Shown: positions 34,571 through 48,646, counted from the stretch's first letter. The stretch is 64,000 nucleotides of DNA from Cladosporium halotolerans (GCF_011745625.1 NW_027191463.1:558001-622000), one strand, 5' to 3'. A program made the numbers and translations. The notes: generated by a model not told the origin, from the sequence alone.

Positions 34571-35195
34571 GCTGTCCTAGGATTAGGGGACGTGATGCTC
34601 TTCGCTCGCCCTGTCGAGTCTCATCACCCGCAATTAGCTCACGAGCGTCGAGACCGAGGGCAACTCCGGAGACGAGGAGAGAAAGAGAGCAGGAAGGTAC
34701 GCCCCGCGCGCGCACTTCGCATGGCATGGCATCTGCGTTTTGTATTACGCTACAGCATGGCGTGGAGGGCGTCCGGCGTTTCACGCGGTGTTTCTCACCG
34801 CCTGGGGAGGAAAATGCTGACTTGTACCAACAACCCCACCTTGAAGGTCCATGATGGGGACTCCACTCTTGTAAGATACGTGTATGGATGAGGGAAGGAA
34901 GATGAGGAGAGGGGGAAAAGGCGTACCTTCGAAGCCGCTTTTTTTTCGAGCTTCCGAGGATGGCCGCTTACTGTATTTATTCATCGAAATCAAAAATGAC
35001 GATTCCAGATCTTAGTATCTTTCGGGGAGCTTCCAGTGAGGCTGAAGAGTATCAGCAACACCTGTGCCTGAGCATTTGAAGATGTGTTTACAGGGTGACG
35101 GATGCATATTGTTGTGCATTGTCCCCAATATCTCTCGGAACTGCGAGGAGCCGGTAGGTACAGAAACGTTACAAAACTACCGTATATCAAAATCT

Positions 35196-35269
35196 GGTCG
35201 ATTAGCTCAGTTGGTTAGAGCGTGGTGCTAATAACGCCAAGGTCGCGAGTTCGACCCTCGTATTGACCA
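35196..35269 (+). tRNA. tRNA-Ile (AAT), intronless
   Basis: GGTCGAT/ATTGACC acceptor stem, D arm GCTC-AGTTGGTTA-GAGC, anticodon loop CT-AAT-AA, GTTCGA T loop, followed by T runs. Confidence 0.95.
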
Positions 35270-35866
35270 TTTCTTTTGTTTTTTGGTCCCCAACCGATCC
35301 AGATCTTGCTTTTGGAGCACGAGGGCATCATGGCTGCTTTTTTTCGTGGCACAAATAGTGCCAGGTCGTACTGGAATGGGCAAGATGTCTCATGGCTCGT
35401 GTCAAGGGCGGCAAGACATCAATCGAAACTTCCTGCCCATCCCGAACATTTTCACTGAGGGGCTTAGTGATGGGCCGACTGCGACAGTGTAGGGGTGAAA
35501 TGTTTTCTCATCAGATTCTCGTACGGCCGTACACGACTGGCTGCCAGAGCCATAGACCTACGCTTGTTTTGTAGCCACTCCATACCGAGAGCATGTCGAC
35601 CTTTCCAACCATACGCTAACCCGTGGGATTAAGTCTTTTGCAGAAGGCCACCGGGCGCCTATACTTCCCGTGCCCCCATGAGAATCCTCTTGCGCACTCT
35701 CATTCCACAGGATCCAATGAAGGGTTTCGGGATGCCTTAGAGTCCCACCTCAAAAGAGGTATCACTCCGCCGTCTTCTCTGCCTTCACCTGTAGCCATCA
35801 TTCCCCCGGAACCTCTCTGTCTCGACAATGCTCGGCAGCAGTCGTTTGCCATCGCACATTCGCCAT

Positions 35867-36337
35867 TCAACCTCCCCTCTTGAACAGGGCCTCCATGTGC
35901 TCCTGGCTGTTCTTCAAGGTTTGTTCGAGGTAATTTTCCTTCTTCTTCAGATTGTCGATCTCCTTCACTACCGCTTCGGCATCTTTCGCTTGATCGGACT
36001 TCACGTCCTGAGTCGTCGTGTTCACAAACCTGGCGCAAAAGGTCAGCTTCCCGGATGACTGGACGAGGATCGGCAGCACGGCGCGCACATCTTTCCGACG
36101 CCATTGTAGACTTTCGTGTCTTTGGGCAGAGCGTCGATTTCAGCGGTGGAAAGCTCGAGCATGCGCTTCTTGCGGGCTTGCGAGGCCAGCTGCTGGCGCA
36201 CGAGGACGAGCTGCTGCTGGGAGAAGGTGGCTTTGGCGTCGATTTCTTGCAGCAGCTGGGTGGGAAGGTCAGCATTGATTGATGTATTGGTAATTGCATG
36301 CACACACCTGCTGCAGCTTCTCGTTAGGGATCGCCAT
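35867..36337 (-). CDS. PFD1: Prefoldin subunit 1; 3 exons
   Basis: MAIPNEKLQQ|LLQEIDAKATFSQQQL...TKVYNGVGKM|FV...LKKKENYLEQTLKNSQ. Confidence 0.9.
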
Positions 36338-36832
36338 GGTAGTCGCAAAGGCGCGGTGGTATTCCCCTTCGTCTGGCTATGGCCAAGCTCTCACACTCGA
36401 GTGTCACATGTCTGGCGTCTGGCGAGGGACCTGGCTGCGGCCCCACCTGCGGCTCTGCGGTGCGGGCAGCAGCGAGGTGACGCAGCTTGCAGCCGCACAC
36501 GAGAAACGCCGTCCGGCAACGTGGGCGCGGGCGGATGCTGCAGTGGCCTGCTGATCGAAGACGGCAACGCACTGTTTGCTCGACTGCTGACTCCTGCAGC
36601 AACCGGCCGTCAAACAAGTGGCAGCATGGCATCGCAGCGCCCGCGGATGTGGGCGGACTAGTACGCACGGCTGCCTATCTCTAGCGCAGCGAGCACGTTC
36701 GCAGCAACACTTCTTGAACGTTGCGCCTCTCGCCGAGGCGTCTTACCTGCAGGCGCCGCCGTCAGAGACCAACGTCGCTTGTATTGTACGTACCTCTGTC
36801 GCTAAGGCCAGAGGCTCAACAGAGCAACGACA

Positions 36833-37882
36833 ATGGCCTTCAAGCTCCCGAGCATACCCTACCCGCCGGCGCGCAACGATGGCTACTGGGCACCCATCAC
36901 CTCGACGCTGGACTGGTGCGAGGAAAACTACTACGCGACGCCCTACTCCGCCGAGATCGTCAACACGCTGACGAACCTGCTGTTCATCTACCTCGCCTAC
37001 AGAGGCATCGCCAACTGCCTCGCGCATGGCCACGACCGCATCTTCCTCATCACCTTCGTCGGCTACCTGCTCGTCGGCTCCGGCAGCTTTCTCTTCCACA
37101 CCACCCTCAAATACCCCATGCAGCTCGTCGACGAGCTCTCCATGATCTACACCACCTGCCTCATGTTCTGGGCCACGTTCGAGCACAAGCGCTCGCCCCC
37201 CGTCCCGCTCCTCCTCGGCCTCGCCATGACGGGCCTTGCCCTCTTCATCACCGCCTACTACCACTACCTCCAGGACCCGACTTTCCACCAGAACGCCTAC
37301 GCCATCCTCACCGCCATCGTCCTCCTGCGCTCCATGTACATCATGGAGGTCAGCATCAGGCCCTACTACCGCGAGCGGCGCGAGAAGAGATCGGGCACCA
37401 TGGGCGGCGCGCCGACTCTCGCGGACAAGGCGGAGCAGCAGCGGAAGGACGACCGCGACCGCGAGATTCTGAGGCAGATGTGGTGGATGATCGGCACGGG
37501 GCTGACGGTTTTCTTGGGCGGGTTCGCGGTCTGGAATCTGGATAATGCGTATTGTTCGCAACTGAGAGTGTGGAGGCATGAGGTGGGGTTGCCTTGGGGC
37601 ATTTTGCTCGAGGGCCATGGCTGGTGGCATTTGGGGACGGGAGCGGGTGCTGTAAGTTTTGCTTTTCGATTCCTGAGGGGATGTGCTGTTTTTGGTTGAT
37701 TTACGAAGCTGACATCTTTCACGCAGTATTGCTACATCGTCTGGGGCATCTGGCTCCGCCACTGCCTGAACGGGCGACAGGACGAGTTCGAACTTGTGTG
37801 GCCACGTCTGTTCAGCGTGCCTGTTGTCGTTCGACGCAAAGAGGCTGTTGTTGCCAACGGCGGCATCAAGAAGACGAGATAG
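36833..37882 (+). CDS. Alkaline (phyto)ceramidase, Ypc1/Ydc1 family; 2 exons
   Basis: TSTLDWCEENY, GSFLFHTTL, QLVDELSM, LEGHGWWH; intron ~37652-37726; ends KKTR (KKxx ER signal). Confidence 0.93.
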
Positions 37883-38648
37883 ATAGACATGCGTGTCACT
37901 GTACTGTATTCGAGCTCCGACGATTCGGTCCAGAATCTAGATCGAGTACACATATTCTAAAACATCGCACTACTTTGAAGACGAACACAACCCATTGACC
38001 ATCACTCCCTACGTGAAACACAAATTAGCTGTCAACATGCAGTCCTGCCGATCTCCTTTAGCTACTAGTGATATCAATCCTCCACTCCACACCCCGTCCG
38101 TTCTCCGCCCGCCGCGTCAACTCGGAATGAAGCTTCCGTGAGAGACGGTGTGGGAACATACATAAAGACGCACGTCCACCGACGTTGGAGCGAGGCGATA
38201 GCAAGTGCCTCGGTGACTTCACGGCGGTTGCGTCTCGCGGAGGCGGGCGGATGCTGTTACGTGCGGAAGCGGATTCGGACTACATCACTGGGTCTGTGTG
38301 TTTTTTTGACAGGCGCGAGCTGTCGCGTGCGTGGGCTGTGGCTTGTGTGGCTGTTGACGGGATGGGCGGCTACTGTACGAGAGCTCGTTTGCGAGTGAGC
38401 GAGTGGTCGGGTTTCCCGCGTGGGCCGTGTTTTGAGAGGTGGGAACGATAGGCGTGCCGATCAGGTGCGGTTGGCGGGCGTCGGTAGATGATGGGATGGG
38501 AGTGAGGGTTTGGCTAGGCAGGCAGGCAGGCTTCGCTTTGGTTACGTCCCGAACAACAGCCAGGAAATCAGCCTTCTCTTGTTGTTATGTGTATCAGGAG
38601 CATAAAGTGTCTGCTGCTCAAAAGTTGTAACAAAAATGGCAAAAGCTA

Positions 38649-38731
38649 AGCTTCCTCCCGTGATCGAAACAGGGACCTTAGGATGTCTTGCATGGCTGCA
38701 ATCCCACGCTCTACCACTGAGCTAAAGAAGC
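38649..38731 (-). tRNA. tRNA-Cys (GCA) with 11-nt intron
   Basis: GCTTCTT/AGGAAGC acceptor stem, U discriminator, GCTC/GAGC D stem, TGGGA/TCCTA anticodon stem, intron CCATGCAAGAC after position 37, TTTT terminator. Confidence 0.88.
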
Positions 38732-40949
38732 TGCTAATTTGATAGTTGGAGAAATTTGTGTCAAAGTTATAGCTTGTGATTGTCGCCTTCCCTCAGGCTT
38801 CGGAGGTAGATTGTCCGACGGGGTGCGACCGTCCAGAGTCCCATCAAGAGTGGATTCGCCTCGCATGCAAGCGGATCTCTGCGCGCATTTCTACCACCAT
38901 CCCCCCATGCACTCGATCCAACGCGCGAGTAGTCAACATAAAACCCGGCAAACATGACATCAGGAAAAACCCTTTGCCGATTTCCATCAAAGCCACCGAT
39001 TTCTGGAAGACTGCCGTAAAAAATTTAAAAGCGCCTCGAAGCATTCTGCCTCTCTGCCGACTGGCAGGGAATAAGGTAAGGCAAGGCGGCAGGCGTGCAG
39101 ACTCTCGCCAGCATGCATGAGCCGGGCGAACGGTGCCAATCGCCCGCAGACTCGACCCTCACACCCGTTGAGGATCACGATCCCTGCAAGGCCACGCAGC
39201 TTGGCGCTCGCTGGGAGTCTGATATAGCGAGGGGTTGCTCACGGAGAGCCTGAGGAGAGGGGAGGGGAGGGGAGGCGGCCACGCCGGCGAGGCGCAGCGT
39301 GGCAGCTTGACGCGCCAGTGCGGAGAAGATCCGCTCTTCATACCTTGTGAACGGACAAGCATGGAAAAACGCGCGCGGCGGCTCTTCCAGCCCCGTCTTT
39401 CTCCATTCTGTGGCTTGGGCTTACCCCGCCGTAGGTTTGATTGAGGGGGGACCCTTACGCGCCTTGTCGTGCAGCGTTTGTCATCGACATCCCAGGCGCT
39501 GAGCTGAGATCGCGCCCTGCGCGCGTGCAGCTGATGCGTGTTTGACGTTTGTGCGATCGAGATGGCTCGGACTTGGCTCGCTGTTTTGCGTCTGGGGTAA
39601 GGTACGGACTTGTCTCGTTCAGCCGCTGACCTTTGCATGCAGGTCGTACGGATGGATTGCGGGCGAGTGACGTTCGCTGTTCTTGCCTGCCACTCTCGCG
39701 CAACGAGTTCTGAAAGTCCATCGTGGTAGTCACAACAAGGTTTTTGCATTATTCTTGCCAATGCTCAAGCACATGCAAACGCTCGGGTACTGCGGCACAG
39801 CACACCGCCGACGTTACGGACGTGACGAAGTGAAGTCGGGCACGTCCCGCGCCCTAGCCGGGGCACGCCGAGCGAGAGCGGCGGCGGAGCACCGGATGCA
39901 GTATGGCGGGCAACTCTCTCCAGACGCCTCGTGTGAGGAAAGATCCGTGACCAGCTGCCGCCGCGTCTTCGCCTGCCCGTTTGTCACTTCAGGTGTGGGG
40001 GCGCCCACTCAAGCCCTCCTCGCCCTCCCCACACCCGTCCACAGACGGGGGGCGCAGACGCAGGGACAGCGCGCGTCGTCTCGCTTGGGTGGCTCAGGAC
40101 TACCTGGTAGTGCCCACTGTGCCTTCACACGCGGAAGCTGCACGACAGACCAGGAGACTGTGCCGAGGCTGCTTGGCGCGAGCCCCGGAGCCGGTGCCTA
40201 CCACGGCGCGCCGCCCGGGTGCTGCATGCGGCCTGTGCAAGGCAAGACAGCCGTGGCAGCGTGTCATGCTGTCTCTGCTGCGCCGGACGCCGGCCGAGGC
40301 CTGAAGAGCGGCGCGCGTGTGCGAGCGTGGGAGGTCGAGGAACGAGCGCTGAAACGCATCCGCACCCGCACCCACATCCGCAGGCAGGCAAGGATGGCGG
40401 GCGCCTGATATGTCATGCCCAAACTCAGGCGGCACGCGATCTGGGGGCCGCGGCGGTTGGTGACCCGCACTCGGCGCTGATGGCAGACAGGAGTGGCAAG
40501 CTCAGTCGGCTCAGCCTGGGCTGGTGACCACCGCCCACGGCGATGATGACCGGCGGCGGTGGATCGTCGTGTGGCCAGGCGCCTTGTCGCGCGGCGGGCG
40601 CCCTGCCCTGCCCATCGCACGCCCGCCCGCACGCCCTTGGTGCATGTAACGCCCTCGAGGAAAAGCGGAGATAACTCGTGCTCGAGCCACAACCGTCGCC
40701 TGCTGCTCGCTGGGGGAATAGTCTGCCCGCCGCCCTGTGGGGACCCCATGAGTGGAGTGCACTCCACGATCATCCCCGGTCTCTGATGTCGCGCACCCAT
40801 TCCACCCTCTGACCCTGTCGTGCTTGTTTCTGACTTCTCACTTGCTCCTCTCTTCCTCCCTGCCAATTCCCGGAATGACCACGCTGGAGTCGAGGTAGAC
40901 ACTGAATATTCCCTGGACTGGATTGCATCTCCACTGTACATCACCAACC

Positions 40950-43721
40950 ATGGATCCAATGGACTGCAACCTCTCCGACTCGTCGTCGTCGCCGCCTGCG
41001 GACACGATACATGTCCACTCCCAGAATTCGAAACGCACCGCTTCCGACGCCGGCCTCAAGTCCAATGGCATGCGGCCACCCAAAAGCGTCAAGAGAAGAG
41101 CGTCAAAGGCTTGCCAATGCTGTCGCTCACGCAAGGTCCGATGCAATGTGGTGGAACACGGAGCGCCCTGCACAAATTGCCGACTGGACGAGGTCGAATG
41201 TATTGTTTCGGAGAGCAAGCGCAAAAAGTAGGTCGCGCTTTTACAGCTACTAATCCACCAATCAAGCTTGATTCTAACAAATTCCAGGAAGTGGACGACC
41301 AACGAGACTTCGCCTGCTGCGAAGAACAACAACAACACCATCAAGCCTGCCGCTAACGTCCCAATGTCGGCGCATCCGCCTTATGAGCCTTTGAGACGGT
41401 CCAGCGAGCACGTGCCGCATTCTCTTTGTAAGTCAGCCTGTATACATATCGTGAGCCGGACCTCACTCTAACACTTTTTAGACCAAGGCCTGAAGAAAGA
41501 CGTTCTTGCGAACAGCACCCCGCGCCACTCTATCAGCACGCCCAGCGTCCTCTACAACCTACAACGCCTGCAGCAACAACGAAATGGTTCGATTTCAGAG
41601 ACACTCCCAGTTCTTAACAATCTGATGTCTCCAACCGCAACGCCTCCTCCCATGCTTCCCGCCTACATCAAGCCGCTTCCTGATAGATTCGGCAACGACG
41701 AGATTACATATCTGCAGAACAAGGGTGCTTTGACCATTCCTCACATCGAGCTCCGTAATGAGCTTATCCGATCTTACGCTGAGGTCATTCACCCGTACAT
41801 GCCTCTGCTCGATCTGCATGATTTCGTCGCCACGGTAGATTGCAACGACGGCACAAAGCAGATAAGTCTTCTGCTTTTCCAGTCGATCATGTTTGCTGGT
41901 GTTGCGTCCGTCGACATGCGGTATCTTGAGAACGCAGGCTACACCACCCGTCGAGACGCTAGGCGCGACTTCTTCAACAAGACTCGCCTCTTGTACGATT
42001 TTGATCTCGAGGCGGACCGCATCCCGCTCATCCAGTCTTTGCTCATGATGACTTACTGGTATGAGACGCCTGACGACCAGAAGGACAGCCATCACTGGAT
42101 GGGCATTGCAGTTTCGTTGGCGCAGACAATTGGTCTGCACCGCAACCCTGCCAAGTCGGCTCACATGGAGCCCTCGAAGCAGAAGCTCTGGAAGCGGATC
42201 TGGTGGTCGACTTTCATGCGTGATCGCCTCATTGCTCTCGGCATGAGGAGGCCGACCCGCATAAAGGCGGGCGACTTCGACGTGCCAATGCTGACTGTTG
42301 AAGACTTCGAGATTAAAACGCTGTCTGAAGAGGCGTCTTGCATCCCGCAAGATTGCAACCTTCTCCGCGACGTCGAGAAGCAACGTCAGCTGGCCGTGCT
42401 GTGCGTCGAGAAAGCGAAGCTGTGCGTTTGCATCAGCAGCGTGCTATCCGTGCAATACTCTGTGCTCCAGAGCACTCAGGGCGCTTCCGGGTCCGAAGAG
42501 AGCACGCGGACCACTATGACGCTGCAGCCGAAGAAGACGGATTCCGGCACCACAGAGGTACAGGCTTGCGACAAAGCGCTGCAAGAGTGGAAGGACAATT
42601 TGCCCGAGGAGGCGCACTACGTGGTTCCCATGTGGAACGACGTCGAGTCGGGAGACGGATACATGGTCCTTAACCGCTCATTGCTCCACATGATCTACTA
42701 CTCGACACTGTCCGCTCTGCACCGCCCGCAAGTTCTCCCGTCGAGCGGCATGTCGCCACGCGACGCAAAGGCCGAGGTCATCGACGTCTCGCGCAAAGCT
42801 GTCCGCCTGGCTGCCAGCGAGATCACCAGCATCGCCAACACGCTCTACAACCTCGACCTCGTCCGCCTCCTCCCAACCACCGGCATCACTGTCCTCCTCC
42901 CCGCCGTGATCATCCACCTGCTGGACATCAAGGCCCCGGGTGAGGCCACCCGCCGCACAAGTCTGCAGGGCTTCTGCCAGTGCATGCAGACCATGGCCCG
43001 CCTGCGCGACATCTACGCCGCGGCAGACTACAGCACCGCATTCCTCGAGGCTGCCATCCGCAAAGCCGAAATCACCCTTCCGCAGAAATCCAACGAGGTC
43101 AAAGACACCCGCAACATCATCACTTCCACGCAGGGCCTCCTCGACGCCGGCCGCCGCATGAAACTCACCAACCCGCTTCCCCCCTCTGCCGCCCGCGGCC
43201 ACCTCACCCCGCCGCCCGAAGACCGCCTCGCCATCCCCAACCCCGCGGGCGCACCCGCCCCCGCGGACCCCAACGCCCTCCCCCTCACAGACGACGACAT
43301 CGCCCGCCGCCTCAACTCCTACCTCGCCTCCACCCCCCCCGACTCCGACCACCACGGCTCCGGCGCCTCAGACCACCAATTCCCCCTCTCCGCCGACCTC
43401 GACCCCCTCTCCTCCACCGGCCCCACTTTCGCAGACAGCATGGCGCTCGACGCCGCCGCCGACGAGGACGCCAAGTTCGGCCCCGGCAACCTCTTCTCCG
43501 ACGGCGCCATCATGATCGGCGCGGGCGACGTCGAGCCCGACTTCGACAGCATGGTCAATCTGGACGCGCTGGGCGTGGGCTTCGGGGGAGGCGATGAGAG
43601 CGCTTATGGCGCGATGCAGGGCGAGAGCAGTGGGTTTGCCCTCGATTGGATGCAGGGGATGGGTGGCGATGGCGGGTTGGGGGCTGATGGGACGGTGGCG
43701 CTGGAGAATGTCATGATTTAG
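40950..43721 (+). CDS. farB: Zn2Cys6 transcription factor, FarB / cutinase transcription factor 1-beta type; 3 exons
   Basis: KRRASKACQCCRSRKVRCNVVEHGAPCTNCRLDEVECIVSESKR; introns 41228-41287 and 41428-41481; fungal TF middle domain (LWKRIWWSTFMRDR). Confidence 0.85.
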
Positions 43722-44337
43722 AATGGATGGGAGTTCGCTTTTTGGGAGGTTTATGTTTTTTGGGACGATTAGATGGGTTTAAGACAGGACAGCGGCAAAC
43801 GCTGGGGATATGGGGGTTGGGTTTTACTTTTGCGCTTTTTTTTTGGGGTTTGTAAACGAGAATGATGAGTGCATGTGGGCTTAGGGAATTTCTCATTATT
43901 TACGCATAGATGGATGGCTTTTTGCACGCGCGATGACGCATGGTTAGATACAGAGGATTAAAATGTTATTGATTTCTTACAGACATGGTTCCTGAATGAG
44001 TACAATTGCTATTACCAAGTGCAAATTGGATTGGCGAACGCAATAGAGACTACGCACTAGGACCACATGGCGCTACTGCCGTTTTCGAATGCGAGGAAAT
44101 TGGGCAAGAGAATAGGGGGATCTGGATTTGTTTCTTCTAGTTGTCCAAGAGCATACAAGTATGACTCCGGTCACGTGACGTTTCATCCGACTGCATATCG
44201 TGGCTGGCAAGTAGTTGGTGGCCTCGCGATCCTTGCTGCTCTACCCATGCCAAAAACCTCACATAGGTCGATCTTCCGGACGCCGAACAGCCATTTATCT
44301 CACGGTCGCCGCCACGGAATCCGTCGCTCCCCTTCCT

Positions 44338-45935
44338 TCACACCCCAAACACACTCCCCAACAGCGTCCGCGCAAACGCCTCCTCCCCAGGCGTTCCCAC
44401 GCACCTCCGCAACCTATTCCCCGCCCCGCCGCTCAGCCAGTTCCCATGGTCCCCCGACACCTCCGCCAGCGACTCGTCCTCCCGCTTCTTCCGGTTCCGC
44501 TGGTCGATCACGCACATGCCCCGCGTCCACTGCCCGCTCGTCTCGACGCGGATGTCTTCGTTTTCGGACAGTTGCCAGGCCGGGTTGGAGGGCGAGATGC
44601 AGTACCAGAGCGTCAGGGGGTCGTGCAGCTCGAGCCCGACGGCGTCGCCGGACACTTTGTCTTGCAGGGACTCGACTTTACGGAAGGTCGATTCGAGCCA
44701 GGCGGAGGTCCAGGTTGCGAGGGGCGAGGAGGCGGCTAGGAGGGGGCTGATGGCGGTGCGGAAGCTGCCGCGTGTGAGGGCGTGTTTGCTGGTTATGTCG
44801 AGGGGGAAAAGTGTCACTTTAAGGCGGCGGGAGAGGTGGGGTGGGTAGGGTGCGAGGTGGCGAGGTGGAGGGTCTGTTGCTGAGGTTCCTGGGGGAGGGG
44901 GTGGGTTGGGCGGCATGGTTGTGTGGGGGTTTGGTGAGGTGAGCGCGTAGACGCGTGCGGCGGAGATGGAGTCGGCGAAGGTGTTGAATTCGGCTACGGG
45001 GGTCATCTGGTTGCGGCTGGTTAGTGAGGTTCTGATGACGCCTGGAGGTTGTTTGATGAGTCGGAAGGGCGGCTCGTAGTTGACGGTGTGGCTGGAGCTT
45101 GGGACAGGGGCTGTGTTCACATTTCCGGGCTCGAAGACGTTGCCTCCCATGACGGCGACTTCTTTGACGCGCAGAAAAGCCTCTGGGTCCTCTGCAGCCG
45201 CCAAAGCCAGGTTTGTGAGAGGACCGATGGCAGCGATGGTGACAGTGTCCGGATCGTTCTCACGGAGAAGTCGTAGGATCTCTTTATGGCCAGGCTCTTG
45301 CGAGGCTCTGAAGAGAGCATGCTGGCCTTGAACCTCTTCTTGCATCTCTTTCTGCTCGGGGCTGCTTGTGGCGTTGAAGAGGCTCTTCCATGTATCTGCA
45401 GGGGAGAGGTGAGGGTGCTTGGGTGAAGTCAGCTCAAGATGTCTTGCTCAAATCAACAAACAACAACTCACAGATTCCGAGATTCCTCCCAGACCATCTG
45501 TCCCGTCTGATTTCCATAGTCAGCGAGAGAACACCGCCAAGGTACAGACAACATCAACTCACGGAAATAGTCGGCCATCAACATCTGATCTGCCAGAGGA
45601 TGCTCAGGCCCGATCGCAACCAAAGGCTTTGATTTGGTAAGAGCCTCAAATCCGGTTGGACGTCCATTCGCTTTACGCCACTCGATCTCCTGCTCGATGT
45701 GGTGGAAAAGTGACACGACGTTGCGGAGGCAGTTTTGCACGTCGATGTTGCCGTATGTCACTGAGATCAAAATGACTTCAACATCTTCCGGAGACGCTGC
45801 GAGCGCGAGCAGCATAGCCATGACATCGTCGCAGCCCTTGAAGGGTGATTAGCAACGGGTTCCAACAAAGTCTCGAGTATGAGTGATGATTTCTTGTACC
45901 GGGTCGGTGTCGATGATTAGCTTACGGGGCGCCAT
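44338..45935 (-). CDS. Inosine/uridine-preferring nucleoside hydrolase; multi-exon
   Basis: MAPRKLIIDTDP|GCDD, TYGN, AIGPLTNLALA, VMGG, AEFNTFAD, FPLDIT, LHDPLT. Confidence 0.92.
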
Positions 45936-47402
45936 GATTGCAAGAATGAGACGTCAATGTCGATGCAAGAAAAGAGAGACAAAAGAATTACACCCAAGAT
46001 TGGTTTCCTATACCTTTGTACACACTTGAACTTGATAGCGTCGGCCTACAGTACGGACAGATAGCCTGATAGCCTACCGAGGTACTCTTGGCGCGGAGGC
46101 CCCGGTCGAGTATCTACATGGCGATGTAACCTCAACACTTTTCATTACGTGCGGATATTGAGCCTTTTAGTCGCTCTGAGTTGGGAGTTACACATATGTC
46201 TTGTATAGAGCAAGGCAAAACGAACGTGTGGGAGGTGTTGTCGACAGCCCGACAAGCCCTTAGGACCAGCCACTCTGCCAGCGTCCCACCACTTTTGCGG
46301 CCCACTCCCGTCGCCCGAAAAGTCGTACAAAACCGCACTCTCGCTGCCACTGATCTTTCTTTTCTTCTTTCTTTATACAATGTCTTAACCAGGCCACCAA
46401 TAGAGTCTCGGTGCGACTTCTTCAGTGTTCGTACAGGTCCTTGAGGCCTCCTTGCGTGCTCCGGTAGCCTAAGATTGACTCTGTCCTTCTATATCCTCCG
46501 ACCTCGAATGAATGGGACGCGAGAAAGATTTTTGGGCGGTACATCTCGATTTTTACATATGCTTTTAGGATGTGCTTGGTACCTCCTGAAATGATGCGTG
46601 TCTACATGGTACGATGACCCCGATTGCCATTCTACTGGCCCTGGGCTCGTTGGCGCATTTTGAGTCTTGTTGGAAGGTCAGACCTGTATCGTGTCGTGAC
46701 TAGCGACTGAGATTCGGACGACGTACCGGAGGAGACTTGCTTTCGGGCAGCTCACCACTGATGCCTCATCGCCTTTTCTCTGGTAAAACAGATTGCAGCA
46801 TTCGTATAATGCGTCAATCTGCAAATATTAGCATCGCCTCTAAGCCGATAGTGTCAATGAAAGTTTAGCTCACCTGCTTCTGGCACTTCGCCTCATTGAA
46901 GTTGTTCTTTTGAATGCAATCTGGAACAAGTCAATGTCACCGTTCTACGTTGTTTCGGCGTAGTGTTAAGCTCACCTTGGATAGCGCATGCTCGTGGATG
47001 GCAGGGAGGATCGCATTTAAGGTCTTGTTCGAGAGTCTGCAATCGTCTCGCCTCAGCGCTTGCTCCAGCTATGTCTGCATGAAGCGACAGGAACCAACCA
47101 TTTCTATTGGCTATAAGGATGCGTTCGCGCTCCAGACAACCGTGTTCGCTTAAGTTAAGTGAATAACCGACAATGGGATCAGGCAGATTTGCTTGCTCTT
47201 GTAGATAATAAATACGTTGTGAAGACACAAATCTCTCGTTGTTGAAAGCGTTTAGCCCTGCCAAACCTGGACGAACGTCACCACGACCGCGCCGCAGCGC
47301 AACCACCGGAGACGCAGGGCTTGGCGCGCCGCTCTTTATCCAAGGTCGCGGACCTTCTTGATCTTCCGCCCGAACACACCACTTACACTTACAGACAAAC
47401 AG

Positions 47403-47505
47403 GTAAGTTACGCACCTTGCATGCTCACTGAGACTATGCTTCTCTGCCGCGACATGCTGCAGTCTCGAACAGGTCTATGTGCACACGAGCTAACCAGGCG
47501 CATAG
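47403..47505 (+). other. Probable 5'-UTR intron of the SUMO gene
   Basis: GTAAGT donor, GCTAAC branch site and TAG acceptor, ~170 nt before the ATG. Confidence 0.55.
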
Positions 47506-47676
47506 GCAAGAACCCGGTTTCAAGACAGCCTTTGGTCTCACCTGCACACGTCGCGCGCGCCTCTTTCGCCAGCAAGCGAGCAATCCTTCACGAGCCTGAA
47601 CACCAAATTTCTGCTCTTCCTTTTCTGTCGTGTACGAAACCGCAACTCCCTAACTCCCTCGTCAAACCAAGTCACC

Positions 47677-48028
47677 ATGTCCAACCAGCCTTCCCCGTCC
47701 CCCGGCAACCAGGAAGAGGCACCGCCTCAGTCTGAGCACTTGAACATCAAGGTCACCGACAACAACAACGAGGTCTTCTTCAAAATCAAGCGCACTACTC
47801 AACTCAAGAAGCTCATGGACGCCTTCTGCGACCGCCAGGGAAAGCAGTTCCACAGCGTGCGCTTCCTCTTCGACGGCACTCGCGTGAACCCTACGGACAA
47901 CCCTGAGATGGTGAGTCACACGCGCGCACACATTAGCTTCATGTGAATTAATGCTAACAATGGATTAGCTCGATATGCAAGACGGCGACACGCTTGAGGT
48001 GCACCAGGAACAGATCGGTGGATGCTGA
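47677..48028 (+). CDS. SMT3: SUMO; 2 exons
   Basis: EHLNIKVTDNNNEVFFKIKRTTQLKKLMDAFC...|LDMQDGDTLEVHQEQIGG-C*. Confidence 0.97.
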
Positions 48029-48646
48029 AGCAATCCGAAGCCTTTCAGCCTGTTGGACTCCCAGCAGTTGCACGATACTCACGAGAATGATTACGCGCAC
48101 AAAAAGATGACTGGCTGCGCTTGCAGAAAGGAGGACAACTTTTTCGAGGTAGATGGCTCGGGAAACTCTCGAGCAGAGATGTGGATATGCCTTGATGACA
48201 TGCCGGGACAGCTTCTGGTTCAAGTTTATGCTCAGTCTCCGGTTTGTACTCGAGCCTGCGGACCCTGGCACGCAAGGCGGATGGTGTGTTCTCGTATATG
48301 CTCCTATGGGCTTAGCTCTGGCGTCTCAAACGGTGTCTTTCCTGTCTGCAGTTTTTGCGGCGGCACAAAAATAAACATATTTCCTTCCCCAGCACTCTTT
48401 CTGTTTTCCTGAATGCTACTCTCATGTGCTCTTCTAGGTACCGTCAGTCCCGAGTTTGAGGCTATCGATGTATCACCAGAATGTCTCGCTAGGATCCTGC
48501 CGGTTCACATCTTGCGAACAGGTGCAAGTGTCGTGCTGACAACTTCTCTGGTATGCAGGAAATTTGCATTGGACGATGCCTGATACTTGACATCTACATC
48601 ATCTGGCCCTTCTGCGCCTCTCATTGCATGAAAACACACCGCTCAT

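Noticed and set aside
910..37882. Sphingolipid cluster (TSC10 plus ceramidase)
   Set aside because: About 35 kb and many unrelated genes apart; probably coincidental.
38740..40940. ORFs upstream of farB
   Set aside because: Low-complexity Arg/Ala-rich translations typical of GC-rich regulatory DNA.
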